Shown here piece by piece: positions 1-10,439 of a stretch of DNA of 64,000 nucleotides (position 1 is its first letter; each line of letters opens with the position of its first letter). The notes beneath the pieces were generated by a model. The model was not told the origin of the DNA and did not search any database. It worked only from the letters and a program-made list of their open reading frames with translations. Location: NCBI RefSeq assembly GCF_006345805.1, contig NC_043002.1, positions 23,126,001-23,190,000 of the forward strand, in the 5' to 3' direction. Both the position numbers and the translations under genes were made by a program. This DNA is from Octopus sinensis. Its lineage: Eukaryota.

Positions 1-460
1 AAGTAACCAAGAGTTGTTAATAACTGCTACGATCACGTGATAAAGTATGGCGAAAGGACTTTATAACATTTTCCCCCAAAACTTGCATTAATGGAACAAA
101 CTGTCTGCATAAATTGAAAGTTTTAATACAAAACACTGCGAATTATAGTCTGAAGTATATTCAAGTATTAACGTGACAATTCTATTTCACTCAGGAAAGA
201 ATATTTTGTTTGAAACGACGTGCATGAAATACCCTCTGCAACCGACCAATGGTTTGTCAGCTGTTCTCTGAAAACACTCCCAATATAGAAATGTTGCCTT
301 CCTTGAAATGAAAGAATTAAATATCACAGTTGAATGTATTGAGGGTAATGTGTTGTTGTGTGTTTTGTAAAATGACGCCCTTCCATGGACATCATGATTC
401 TTGTTAAAGAAATCAGTCAACGATTCATTGTGAAACATCCAACGTTTTAGAATTCCAGCA
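1..460. repeat. Tandem ~1-kb module, copy 1 (truncated by window start)
   Basis: Collinear similarity to 2640-3453, 4970-5460 and 7330-7690, e.g. AATACAAAACACTGCGAATTATAG, GAAATGTTGCCTTCCTTGAA and GTTAAAGAAATCAGTCA blocks. Confidence 0.85.
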
Positions 461-503
461 CGCACACACACAAACGCACACACATACACATACAGACACA
501 CAC

Positions 504-505
<2 letters not shown>

Positions 506-582
<77 letters not shown>

Positions 583-621
583 GATAGACAGACAGACAGA
601 TAGATAGACAGACAGACAGAC

Positions 622-720
<99 letters not shown>

Positions 721-745
721 CAGATAGATAGATAGATAGATAGAA

Positions 746-795
<50 letters not shown>
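506..795. repeat. (GATA)n/(GACA)n microsatellite
   Basis: Direct reading. Confidence 0.97.
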
Positions 796-796
<1 letters not shown>

Positions 797-857
797 CAAA
801 CATATATGTATATATATATATATATACGCGAGAAAGAAGCAACAAGAATGGATAGGT

Positions 858-946
858 TTTTAGTACGATCGTTTCATACAAGGACAGGTTTTATAAAAGT
901 TGCAAAGATTACAGCATATAACGAGTCCCGTACTCATCAGCTAAAA
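858..946 (-). ncRNA. Type I hammerhead ribozyme motif (left palindrome arm)
   Basis: Reverse-complement twin of the 1355-1444 motif; core, stems I and III and the GUA triplet are intact. Confidence 0.75.
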
Positions 947-1354
947 TACATGTAAGTTCTCTAGACATCCTAGTGTTTGAGGCTATACTCATGAAGTAAT
1001 GTAGATAATTAAACAGATTCTAAAGTTCATTAAAGTTCTTTAAAGATGATGTACAGCTTATCACAGAATTTTAAAAAAGTTTTGATAGCATCACAGAGAA
1101 GGTGACCTAATCCATATGAATTTCCATAGATATGATGAGGGATTCTGTGAGTATATAATCCCTCATCATATCTATGGAAATTCATATGGATTAGGTCACC
1201 TTCTCTGTGATGCTATCAAACTTTTTTAAAATTCTGTGATAAGATGTACATCATCTTTAAAGAACTTTAATGAACTTTAGAAATCTGTTTAATTATCTAC
1301 ATACTTCATGAGTATAGCCTCAAACACTAGGATGTCTAGAGAAACTTACATGTA

Positions 1355-1444
1355 TTTTAGCTGATGAGTACGGGACTCGTTTATATGCTGTAATCTTTGC
1401 AAATTTAATAAAACCTGTCCTTGTATGAAACGATCGTACTAAAA
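1355..1444 (+). ncRNA. Type I hammerhead ribozyme motif (right palindrome arm)
   Basis: Stem I TTTTAG(1355-60)/CTAAAA(1439-44); core CTGATGA 1361-67; stem II GTACGGGAC/GTCC(T)TGTAT; GAA 1427-29; palindromic stem III ACGATCGT 1430-37; predicted cleavage after GUA at 1438. Confidence 0.78.
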
Positions 1445-1651
1445 ACCTATCCATTCTTGTTGCTTCTTTCTCGCTTATAATCACCCCACATTACTGTATT
1501 GTTAATCAGTATAGTTTTTTGGTGCATCTAAGTTAGGTACCATATTCAAGTAAAATTTTTTTAAATTAACTTGAATCTTTATTGCTCTTTATATATATAT
1601 ATATATATATGTATTTATACCTACAAACACACACACACATACAGACACAGA

Positions 1652-1760
1652 TTTTTATTGGCCACGCAGGGCTGAACACAGAAGAGACAAAATACAAAGT
1701 AGAGCTTTTCTTTTGGGAAAGAAGAGAAGGGGGAGAAATGGGTCAGATTCCGATCAAACA
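1652..1760 (-). mobile_element. 3' end of a non-LTR retroelement whose terminus resembles the tail of SINE family A
   Basis: Minus strand ends TTGTCTCTTCTGTGTTCAGCCCTGCGTGGCCAATAAAAA versus SINE-A tail TTGTCCTCTCTGTGTTTAGCCCCTTGTGGGCAATAAAGAA; upstream sequence is not SINE-A. Confidence 0.45.
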
Positions 1761-1771
1761 TACACACACAT

Positions 1772-1871
<100 letters not shown>

Positions 1872-1939
1872 TGATTGACAGATACCAATATATACGACAA
1901 CGTACACATTCAGTAATGCCTATTATTAGGTTAAATAAT

Positions 1940-2225
1940 GGTCTCTCCCGTCGAAGACGACGTGTGACCGTCCAGTTTTTGCCGAATGACCTGCACAAAG
2001 GATTTGTTTATAGTGATCAAATGTTCATGCCGCATATTTGCTCACTCTCTCCATTAAATCGATGTCGTCTGAACAGGTGCACTGTGTGTCATAAGTCAGG
2101 TGTCGACGTGATCGCAGAGCAGCATGAGATCATATGTCTTGCTCAAGAACACAACGCACCAGCCGGTCTAGGAATTGAAACCACTATCTCGCGATCCTGA
2201 GTCCAATATTCTAACCACTCGGCCA
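1940..2225 (-). mobile_element. tRNA-type SINE (family C-like, diverged)
   Basis: Minus strand TGGCCGAGTGGTTAG (A-box-like), GGTTTCAATTCC (B-box-like), then CTTGAGCAAGACA block; absent from the homologous position of module copy 3. Confidence 0.75.
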
Positions 2226-3057
2226 TTAATGTGCCTTATCGATTTACACGAGACACCATAAGTTCTGGCTGACGAGGACTAATTAAGTTGTTGTTTTAAG
2301 CAGAACATCCCTAGCTTTAGAGCGCCGTCTATTTGTTAGAAAGTTTTATTATTAACACCACTGGCGTGTAATATTAACAACGAAAGTTTTTAGGTGCAGT
2401 AGAAATTTCGTAATAGAAAAATCTATACAACTTGAAAACATTTGCAAGACTAGGAAATAAATTTAAACCGACAGGAAGAGTGGCTGATAAGACAGACTCT
2501 GAGAAAATTGTCGACGTGACTAATGTTTTATATACAACGGCTTCTGAATAAGGAAAGATTTTCAGCTAAAACTATTTCATATAATACATGGAGTCTACAA
2601 GGCAGTATTCACCATATTTTGAACATGCATCAGAATATATGAGTGGAACAACTACAAGTTGTCACTGTAATAACGGTTTTGATCGCATGATAAATACGTC
2701 GAAAAGATTTTACAAATTTGCTTTAATTTTTTATTTTTCTCCCTTCTTTTCCGAGACTTGCATCAACGGAAAACATTTTCCACGCAGTTTGATAGTGTTA
2801 ATACAAAACTAAGAATTACAGACTGAAAATTATTCAAATATTAAAGTGACAAGTCCATTGCACTCAGCAAAGAATATTTTGTGAATTAATGTGTATGAAA
2901 AACCTCCTAGAACCACTAAATTCTTTGTTAGTTGTTCTCTGTAAACATTTAATAAAGAAATGTTGCCTTCCTTGAATTGAAAGAATTAAATGTCACAGTT
3001 GAATATATTGAGGGAAATGTGTTATTGTGAAATTTACAAACGACGCTCTTCCATAGG

Positions 3058-3415
3058 TTTTTTTTTTACTTGTTTCAGTCATTTGACTGCGGCCATGCTG
3101 GAGCACCGCCTTTAGTCTCTTTTGCCGAACCGCTAAGTTACGAGGACGTAAACACACCAGCATCGGTTGTCATGCGATGTTGGGGGGGATAAACACAGAC
3201 ACAGGAACACACACACACACATATATGTACATATATACATATACATATATACGACAGGCTTCTTTCAGTTTCCGTCCACCAAATCCACTCACGAGGCTTT
3301 GGTCAGCCCGAGGCTATAGTAGAAGACACTTGCCCAAAGTGCCACGCAATGGGAATGGAACCGGAGCCATGTGGTTGGTAAGCAAGCTACTTACCACACA
3401 TCCACTCCTGCGCCT
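3058..3415 (-). mobile_element. tRNA-type SINE family B with internal (TA)/(CA) microsatellite
   Basis: Matches copies at 19184, 34970 and 35890; TAGG(T) duplicated at both ends; the empty site is visible in module copy 3 (CTCTTCCATAGGCATT). Confidence 0.9.
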
Positions 3416-3530
3416 AGGTATCTTAACTCTTGTTAAAGAAATCAGTCAGCAATTAGGATATATGTAGGCTCACATTCAACCACCACTCATACTAATATAG
3501 ATATATATACATATGTATACCTATACGCAC

Positions 3531-3597
<67 letters not shown>

Positions 3598-3601
3598 TGA
3601 T

Positions 3602-3831
3602 GGTTTGTTGCCAACTTAATGTGGCAGTCTCAGGAAAGGGAAAAATGCTACTGTTGTTTAGCCCCAGGAAACACCGTTTCCAGCTATCCATGTGACACAA
3701 GCGTTCTTTGAAAACATAAAGATACAGAACGTTTGGGTCACATGGCCAGCTGGAAACGCTGTTACCTGGGGCTAAATAGCAGTAGTATCTTTCCCTTTAA
3801 TGAGACTGCCACATTAAGTTGGCAACAAACC
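3602..3831. mobile_element. Palindromic MITE (PIF/Harbinger-like by its 3-bp TSD)
   Basis: ~95-bp imperfect TIRs starting GGTTTGTTGCCAACTTAATGTGGCAGTCTCA / ending TGAGACTGCCACATTAAGTTGGCAACAAACC; GAT direct repeat at 3599-3601 and 3832-3834. Confidence 0.75.
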
Positions 3832-4058
3832 GATTTCTTTATTACCCACAAGGGGCCGACAAAGAAAGGACAAACAAAACATAAAACAATTGGGGACATA
3901 AAACAATTAGAAAAAATATTATATATTTGTAAAAATGAGTAGATTTGGGGGACGATTTTATCAAAATAAAAATTATCCGCCCCAAAAAAGCCTTCTCTAC
4001 TCAAATTTTCAAATATACATACATACATACATACATACATACATACATACATACATAC

Positions 4059-4186
4059 ATGATGGCTGCCCCCTCGTTATCGCATATGGCCATTGCACGA
4101 AGCTTATCTGTTATTGGTGCTATGATCGAATGTGACTTTTTAGCCAAGCTAAAGATCTACAATGTCTTGTACAGAATTGGCAGCTA
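4059..4186 (-). mobile_element. 5'-truncated 3' end of RTE-type LINE (last C2H2 finger plus 3' UTR)
   Basis: Encodes SCQFCTRHCRSLAWLKSHIRS; nearly identical to 41579-41700; (TACA)n on both sides. Confidence 0.85.
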
Positions 4187-4337
4187 AATACATACATGCA
4201 TACATACATACATACATACATACATACATACATACATACATACATACATACATACACACACACACCACACATATACATATATATATACATACATTTATTA
4301 TACAAATATATTTATCGGTATACATATGCATGTATAC

Positions 4338-4452
<115 letters not shown>

Positions 4453-4456
4453 AGAA

Positions 4457-5460
4457 CAGTGACTGACAGATACAGATTTATATAACAACGTACATATTCA
4501 GTAATGCCTATTACTATGGCAAATAATCACAAATAACACGTTATTTATTGACTATTAAATGTGCATAATCAATGAATACAGGACATGTGTTTGGTTGACA
4601 AGGGTCAATTAAGTTGTTTTAAACACAACCCTCTTTTTAGAGCGCTGTCTATTTGTTATGAAGTTATATTACTACGACCACTGGCGTGTAATATTAACGA
4701 CGAAGACGTTTAAATGCCGTAGAAATTTCTTAATATAAAAATCTATACAACTTCAAAACATTTGTAGGACTGGGAAATAAGTTTAAACTGACAGGAAGAG
4801 TGGTTGATGAGGCAGTTTCTGAGAGAATTTTCAATCAGACATGACTAATGTTTTATATACTACATTTTCTGAATAAGGAAAGATTTTCTGCTAAATCCAT
4901 CTCAGATATTACATCGATTCTGCAAGGCAGTATCCACCATGTTTCTGTACACGCATCACAATGTGTGTGTGGAACAACTACAAGCTGTCGGTGTAATAAC
5001 AGCTTTGGTCACATAGCAAAGTACGGTGTAAAAATTTTACAAAATTGCTTTATTTTTTATTTTTCTCCTTTTTTTCCCGAGGCTTGTATCAGCGAAAAAC
5101 ATTCTCTACAGTTCGATAGTGTAGATACAAAACACTGCGAATTATAGACTGAAGAATATTCAGATATTAAAGTGACAAATCCATTACACTCAGCAAAGAA
5201 TATTTTGTAAATCGATGTGTAGGAAATACCTTCTGCAATCGACCAATTCTTTGTCAGTTGTTCTCTGAAAACACTTTAAATATAGAAATGTTGCCTCACT
5301 TGAATTGAAAGAATTAAATGTCACAGTTGAATATATTGAGGCAAATATGTTGTGTGTTATTGTAAGATTTACAAATGACGCTCTTCCATAGGCATTTTGA
5401 CTCACGTTAAAGAAATCAGTCAGCAATTTTTTGTGGAACATCCAACGGTTTAGAATATCA
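4457..5460. repeat. Tandem ~1-kb module, copy 3 (uninterrupted)
   Basis: Collinear with copies 1, 2 and 4. Confidence 0.85.
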
Positions 5461-5548
5461 GTAGGAACACAAAGGCACATTCATACCCGGAGCCACTCAT
5501 GCACATATGTAAACATACATACATATATATATATATATGTAAACATAC

Positions 5549-5579
<31 letters not shown>

Positions 5580-5631
5580 CATATGTAAACATACATACAT
5601 ATATTATATATATATATATATTATATATATA

Positions 5632-5711
<80 letters not shown>

Positions 5712-5747
5712 GTATGAGTAAGTATCTCATTTATTTCTTTGCCACAT

Positions 5748-5806
5748 TTATCACTGACGAAGGGGGGTTCTTACGAACTAACCCTGAAATCGGTCCGATA
5801 TGGTAA
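5748..5806 (+). ncRNA. Type I hammerhead ribozyme motif
   Basis: Stem I TTATCA/TGGTAA (one G-U); core CTGACGA 5754-60; stem II AGGG..CCCT with inner GTT-CTTACG-AAC hairpin; GAA 5786-88; stem III ATCGG-T-CCGAT; AUA triplet, cleavage after 5800. Confidence 0.8.
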
Positions 5807-5970
5807 TAATGGAATTTTTTAGAAACTTCTGTAGGCTTTTTTTCGAGTAGCGTGCGTATTGTGAAAAATTATATGGTTATGGACAATATGTTCAATTTTC
5901 GGCATATTTGGCATTAGAAATGTTTTCGTTTGCCCTTATTTATAAGTTATATATATATATATATATATAA

Positions 5971-6200
5971 ATTTCTTTACTACCCACAAGAGGCTAAACA
6001 CAGAGTGGACAAACAAGGACAGACGAATGGATTAAGTCGATTACATCGACCCCAGTGCGTAACAGGTACTTAATTTATCGACCCCGAAAGGATGAAAGGC
6101 AAAGTCGACCTCGGCGGAATTTGAACTCAGAACGTAACGGCAGACGAAATACAGCTACGCATTTCTCCCGGTGTGCTAACGTTTCTGCCAGCTCGCCGCC
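5971..6200 (-). mobile_element. SINE family A, full length
   Basis: Matches copies at 17243, 52116, 57768 and 59193; TATAAGTTATATATA duplicated at 5941 and 6201. Confidence 0.92.
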
Positions 6201-6451
6201 TATAAGTTATATATATATATATACGCATTTATATATGTAAACATATATATATATTATATTTAATTAATAAGGAAAGATCCAGAGAAACACTTACGAGCGC
6301 AGCCAAATGTTACATAAGAGCCTAAGAAATTAATAACCACACTTGCATGGGTGATAATTCCGAGAAGTGAGGCGTGTTTTAGAGAACATAAGATTAATGG
6401 AAAATGGAGAGAAACGCACAAGATGTTATTTAAATCATTTATATCCCCATA

Positions 6452-6537
6452 TCACCGACATATGTTTCGATTGATACATTAAAATTAGTCCGAGAGGAAG
6501 AATAATGTGGAATGATGTATCAATTTCATCAGGGAGG
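6452..6537 (-). ncRNA. Type I hammerhead ribozyme motif, slightly degenerate
   Basis: Minus strand: CTGATGA, stem II ATTGATACAT/ATGTATCAAT (10 bp, closing pair A-C mismatched), GAA, palindromic ACATATGT, GUC; stem I partly mismatched (CCTCC versus GGTGA). Confidence 0.62.
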
Positions 6538-6834
6538 AGATTACAACCAACAGCGCTTATTAATAAGCCATTTTTACAAATGTAAGAAAATATATAATAT
6601 ATGAATATATATGTAGATATGGATAAGACAGATGACAGACATACAGACAGACAAACAGCTTGAAAGATAGACACATAGACATAGAGAAAGAACGATACCT
6701 ACATAGAGTGATAGGGGAATATGGTGAGAGAGAGAGAAAGACAGACAGACAGACAGGAAGGCAGTCAGGCAGGCAGACGAGTAGGCCGGCAGATAGATGG
6801 GCTGGCAGACAGATACATTGATTGCTTGATACAA

Positions 6835-7692
6835 TTATACATAGGTACTTACATATTCAGGAGTGCCTATTATAATGTTTAAGCTATCACAAATTACCAG
6901 AAATTGTTTATTGACTATCAATCTATATAATCAATTTAGACAGAACATCATGTGTTTGCTTCACAAGTGTTACTTAACTTGCTTTAAACACGGCTGTCGT
7001 CTGTTTTACGGGGCATTTTAATTGATATGTAGTCTTATTTCTATTACAAATAGTGTATAATATTAGCAATGAAGATGTTTAAGTGCTATAGAAATTTCGT
7101 ATTAGAGAAATCTGTGTGACTTGAAAACATTTACAGGACTGGGAACTAAATTTAAACTGACAAAAAGAATGACGGATAGGCCAGATTCTAAGAAGAGTTA
7201 TCAATCAGATGTGACAGAAATTTTATATGCAACAGCTTCCGAATAAAGAAATGTTTTTCACCTAAATCAATCTCAGATATTACATCAATTCGATATGCTA
7301 GTGTTCACCTTGTTTGTGCAACTAAATGTGTGACTAGAGCAACTACAAGGTGTTAATGTAATAACATCTTTGGCTAACTGATAAAGTATGAAATGAAGAA
7401 TTTACAAATTGGTATAATTCCCTTTCTTTCTTTTTTTTCCAAAACTTGCAATAGTGAGAAGACAGTCTCTACACAGATTGGTAGAGTTAATACAAACACT
7501 GAGCATCATAGACAGAAAAATATTCAGATATCAAAGTGACAATTCCATTATACTCGGCAGAGATTACTGTCTGAATCGATGTATATCAAGGACATCCTGG
7601 TACTACGCTATTCCTTGTCAGTTGTTCTTCGAGGTGAAGAATATATTGATGGAAGTGCGCTCTTGTGTGGTGTGGCAAAATGGTGCTCTTCC
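6835..7692. repeat. Tandem ~1-kb module, copy 4 (most diverged, with internal deletion)
   Basis: Shared blocks such as GAAAACATTTACAGGACTGGGAA, TCTCAGATATTACATC and CAGATATCAAAGTGACAATTCC. Confidence 0.8.
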
Positions 7693-7706
7693 ACACACAT
7701 TCACAT

Positions 7707-7756
<50 letters not shown>

Positions 7757-7883
7757 TGTGTGTGTTTGTTTGTGTGTGTGTGTGTATGTGTGTGTGTGTG
7801 TTTGTTTGTGTGTGTGTGTGTGTGTGTGTTGTGTGTGTGTGTGGTGTGTGTGTGTGTGTGTGTGTAAATTTTTTCGATGGCCG

Positions 7884-7944
7884 GATAACTGAAGAGATGG
7901 CAGCGTGGGTTTCCACCCCGACATCCGAAACTCGGAGTCTTATC
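7884..7944 (+). ncRNA. Type I hammerhead ribozyme motif
   Basis: Stem I GATAA/TTATC; core CTGAAGA 7889-95; stem II GATG/CATC plus one extra C, inner GTGG-GTTT-CCAC hairpin; GAA 7927-29; stem III ACTC-G-GAGT; GUC at 7937-39. Confidence 0.7.
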
Positions 7945-8066
7945 TTGGCTTATTTACAGATATATATTATGAATGTATATTATAAATGTGGAAATTGACG
8001 ATTTAAAGTCTGTTCTCAGCATATTGACATTGAAATAATTTTTCTATTGTCCTTGTTAATATATAT

Positions 8067-8128
<62 letters not shown>

Positions 8129-8257
8129 ATATATATACATACATACATATATACATATATACACACATACGTATATATGTGTGTGTGTATTATAAACATG
8201 TCTATATATTCTGAGTATTCCAAACGTATCCTAATGGAATGTTTATTGTCCTTTGTA

Positions 8258-8361
8258 CACCCTGATGATTTTCTTTACAAGGTATTTAAAATGCAAAATT
8301 ATATATCTATATATGTTTTGTAATTTTTATTTTTATTTGTGATATGAAACAATTGTAGGTG
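8258..8361 (+). ncRNA. Type I hammerhead ribozyme motif with decayed stem II base
   Basis: Stem I CACC/GGTG; CTGATGA 8262-68; GAA 8346-48; palindromic ACAATTGT; GUA; stem II base TTTTC/GATAT is mismatched. Confidence 0.5.
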
Positions 8362-8904
8362 AATATGTTGATTAATTAATTAATTTGTATCCATTAAATC
8401 TCTTTGTTTTCAAACTCGATTATAATGTTTGATATTTTACGATATTTTATATGATATATTCATTGAAGAAACATATCTTCAAAATATAATATATTAAACC
8501 AGTGCATTTTGGATAAAATATCCCTTTAAGAGGTTTATATATTTCCATTGTGACTATATACGTCAACAATATCCATCCTATGCACAGCTCATATTTCAGA
8601 AGAACTAAAATGCATTTAGACATTACAAAGCCTCACTGTGATTTAAATAAAAGTGTAAACACATTATTGATGTGGAAGGGGTGGTTAGTCTGTATCAAAG
8701 GCCCATAGCTTTTGACTAGTCCTTTGCTTCATCAATTTTGGAACAATAGAAAGCAAAATTGACTATGGGAGGATTTTTAACTCTAGAAAGCAAAGTGCCG
8801 GAAAGAATACGAAGACATTTTTCCGACGCTCAAATGATTCTGCAAACCACCACCTGGCTAATGATAATGATATTTGTTTCTAATATAAGCGCTTTGCCGA
8901 AAAT

Positions 8905-9090
8905 TTGAAGGACGGATTTAGTCGAATACATTGACTTCAGTACTTCACTGGTACTTTATTTTGATCGACCCCGAAGAGATGAAAGGATAAGCTGAGCCCA
9001 GTAAGATACGAACTTAGAACATACAGAACCGGAAGGAAAACCTCAATGCATTTTGGTAGAAGTTTTAACCATGCTATCAGCTCACCACCC
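8905..9090 (-). mobile_element. Old diverged SINE family A copy
   Basis: CTGGTACTTTATTTTGATCGACCCCGAAGAGATGAAAGG block matches family A. Confidence 0.6.
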
Positions 9091-9375
9091 TCTCTAATGA
9101 TAACAACAATGCATGCTGAAAGGGGACTTTTATGCAGTCGCTCGGCCTGCAAAAGATAGTAACCAGATTCCCCTGAAATCACATCTTAACCTCTTAAATA
9201 AAGAAGTATACACTGGACAATGTTCTTACTGATGTTCAAAGAGAGAAAAAAACGGAGTAATCATGGCTGGAACGCATTTTACCTTACGTCTGCTCGATTA
9301 GTCTTCAGTTGAATCTAAACAACAACTACATCAATGCAATCATAATATTAACATTAAAGAGTTGCAATGATTAAA

Positions 9376-9518
9376 TGAAGAAGAAGAAGAAGAAGAAGAA
9401 GAAGAAGAAGAAGAAGAAGAAGAAGAAGAAGAAGAAGAAGAAGAAGAAGAAGAAGAAGAAGAAGAAGAAGAAGAAGAAGAAGAAGAAGGTGGTGGTGGTG
9501 GTGGTGGTGGTGGTGGTT
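9376..9518. repeat. (GAA)n(GGT)n compound microsatellite
   Basis: Direct reading. Confidence 0.97.
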
Positions 9519-10439
9519 TCTATTTCAGAAATTTTATCAAAGATTGCTGCTCAACAGTTGGCAGGTTCTCAACACTTGATTAAATCAAAGCGAATGGATG
9601 GATGGAGTAGAGGTGAAAAAAGTGGCAAAGCTGTCAAAAAACAATAAATAACAATGAATAACAATGATACGTTTCCGTGAAATCGATAAATCATAATGTT
9701 GTTATTGTTGTTGTTGTTGTTGTTGTGTCTGCTTGTTGTCATTATTGTTGTTAGGTTCAATTGGTTCTTGTTTGCCAATCTATCAGGAGGGAATTTCTAA
9801 AATAATAGCAGCATAACGGATGTGTTCGTTAATTGTGATAAATTGTGATTTATTGAGATTTCATTCTGCAGAGGAAACCCAAGGTTAATTTGCAGATCTA
9901 GTATTCCTGATTAAGTTACGAATTGAAAGAAATTACGTAAGACTGGATTCTGCCTCAGAAATATTGATTGTTGCTCACTATAGTTTTGTTTGGAAAGAGG
10001 AGAGCTTTTACTTTAAAAGATAGGATGAGAGGTATGGTGTTGTTTTCTTATACGCTGGCAGCCATTTTGCTTTATAGTTTTCTTTTCTTTCATTCTTTAA
10101 ATTTGTCTATTTCTTTTTATTGCTACAATATTTTCCCCATTGTTTCAGAGAATATCACCTGTTGTTTTTAATTATTCACTCTACGTGTGTTTGTTGTTGT
10201 TGCTGCTGCTGCTGTTTAGCCCCAAGTAAGTCCTGATTGAGGAAACTTCGATCAAAGGCATTTCAACCGTAACTATCCCTTATGTTTTTTTCTTTCCATG
10301 AAGTCTTCGCGAGAGCTTTGTCTAATGCCTTTTCTGTGATCCTTCACCCAACTCTTTCAAGGAAGTGCTCTTTCCAGGAACTCTTAGGAACTCTGATATC
10401 AGTGAGATCGACGGGATTAATTTTCTTATTGAACAACTA

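Larger units (their letters stand above)
828..1474. repeat. Long near-perfect inverted repeat (arms 828-1144 and 1157-1474, 12-bp spacer CTGTGAGTATAT)
   Basis: Right arm is the reverse complement of the left arm apart from a few substitutions and 1-bp homopolymer indels. Confidence 0.95.

Noticed and set aside
4457-5460. Faint resemblance of the module's minus-strand translation to a Cys-loop receptor extracellular domain (FNSFNSRKATF, NGIVTLI..C), as in tandem cephalopod chemotactile receptors
   Set aside because: Spacing is incompatible: about 35 residues between the two motifs are missing, there is no C-x13-C loop and no clear TM1-3. Not supportable without an HMM search.
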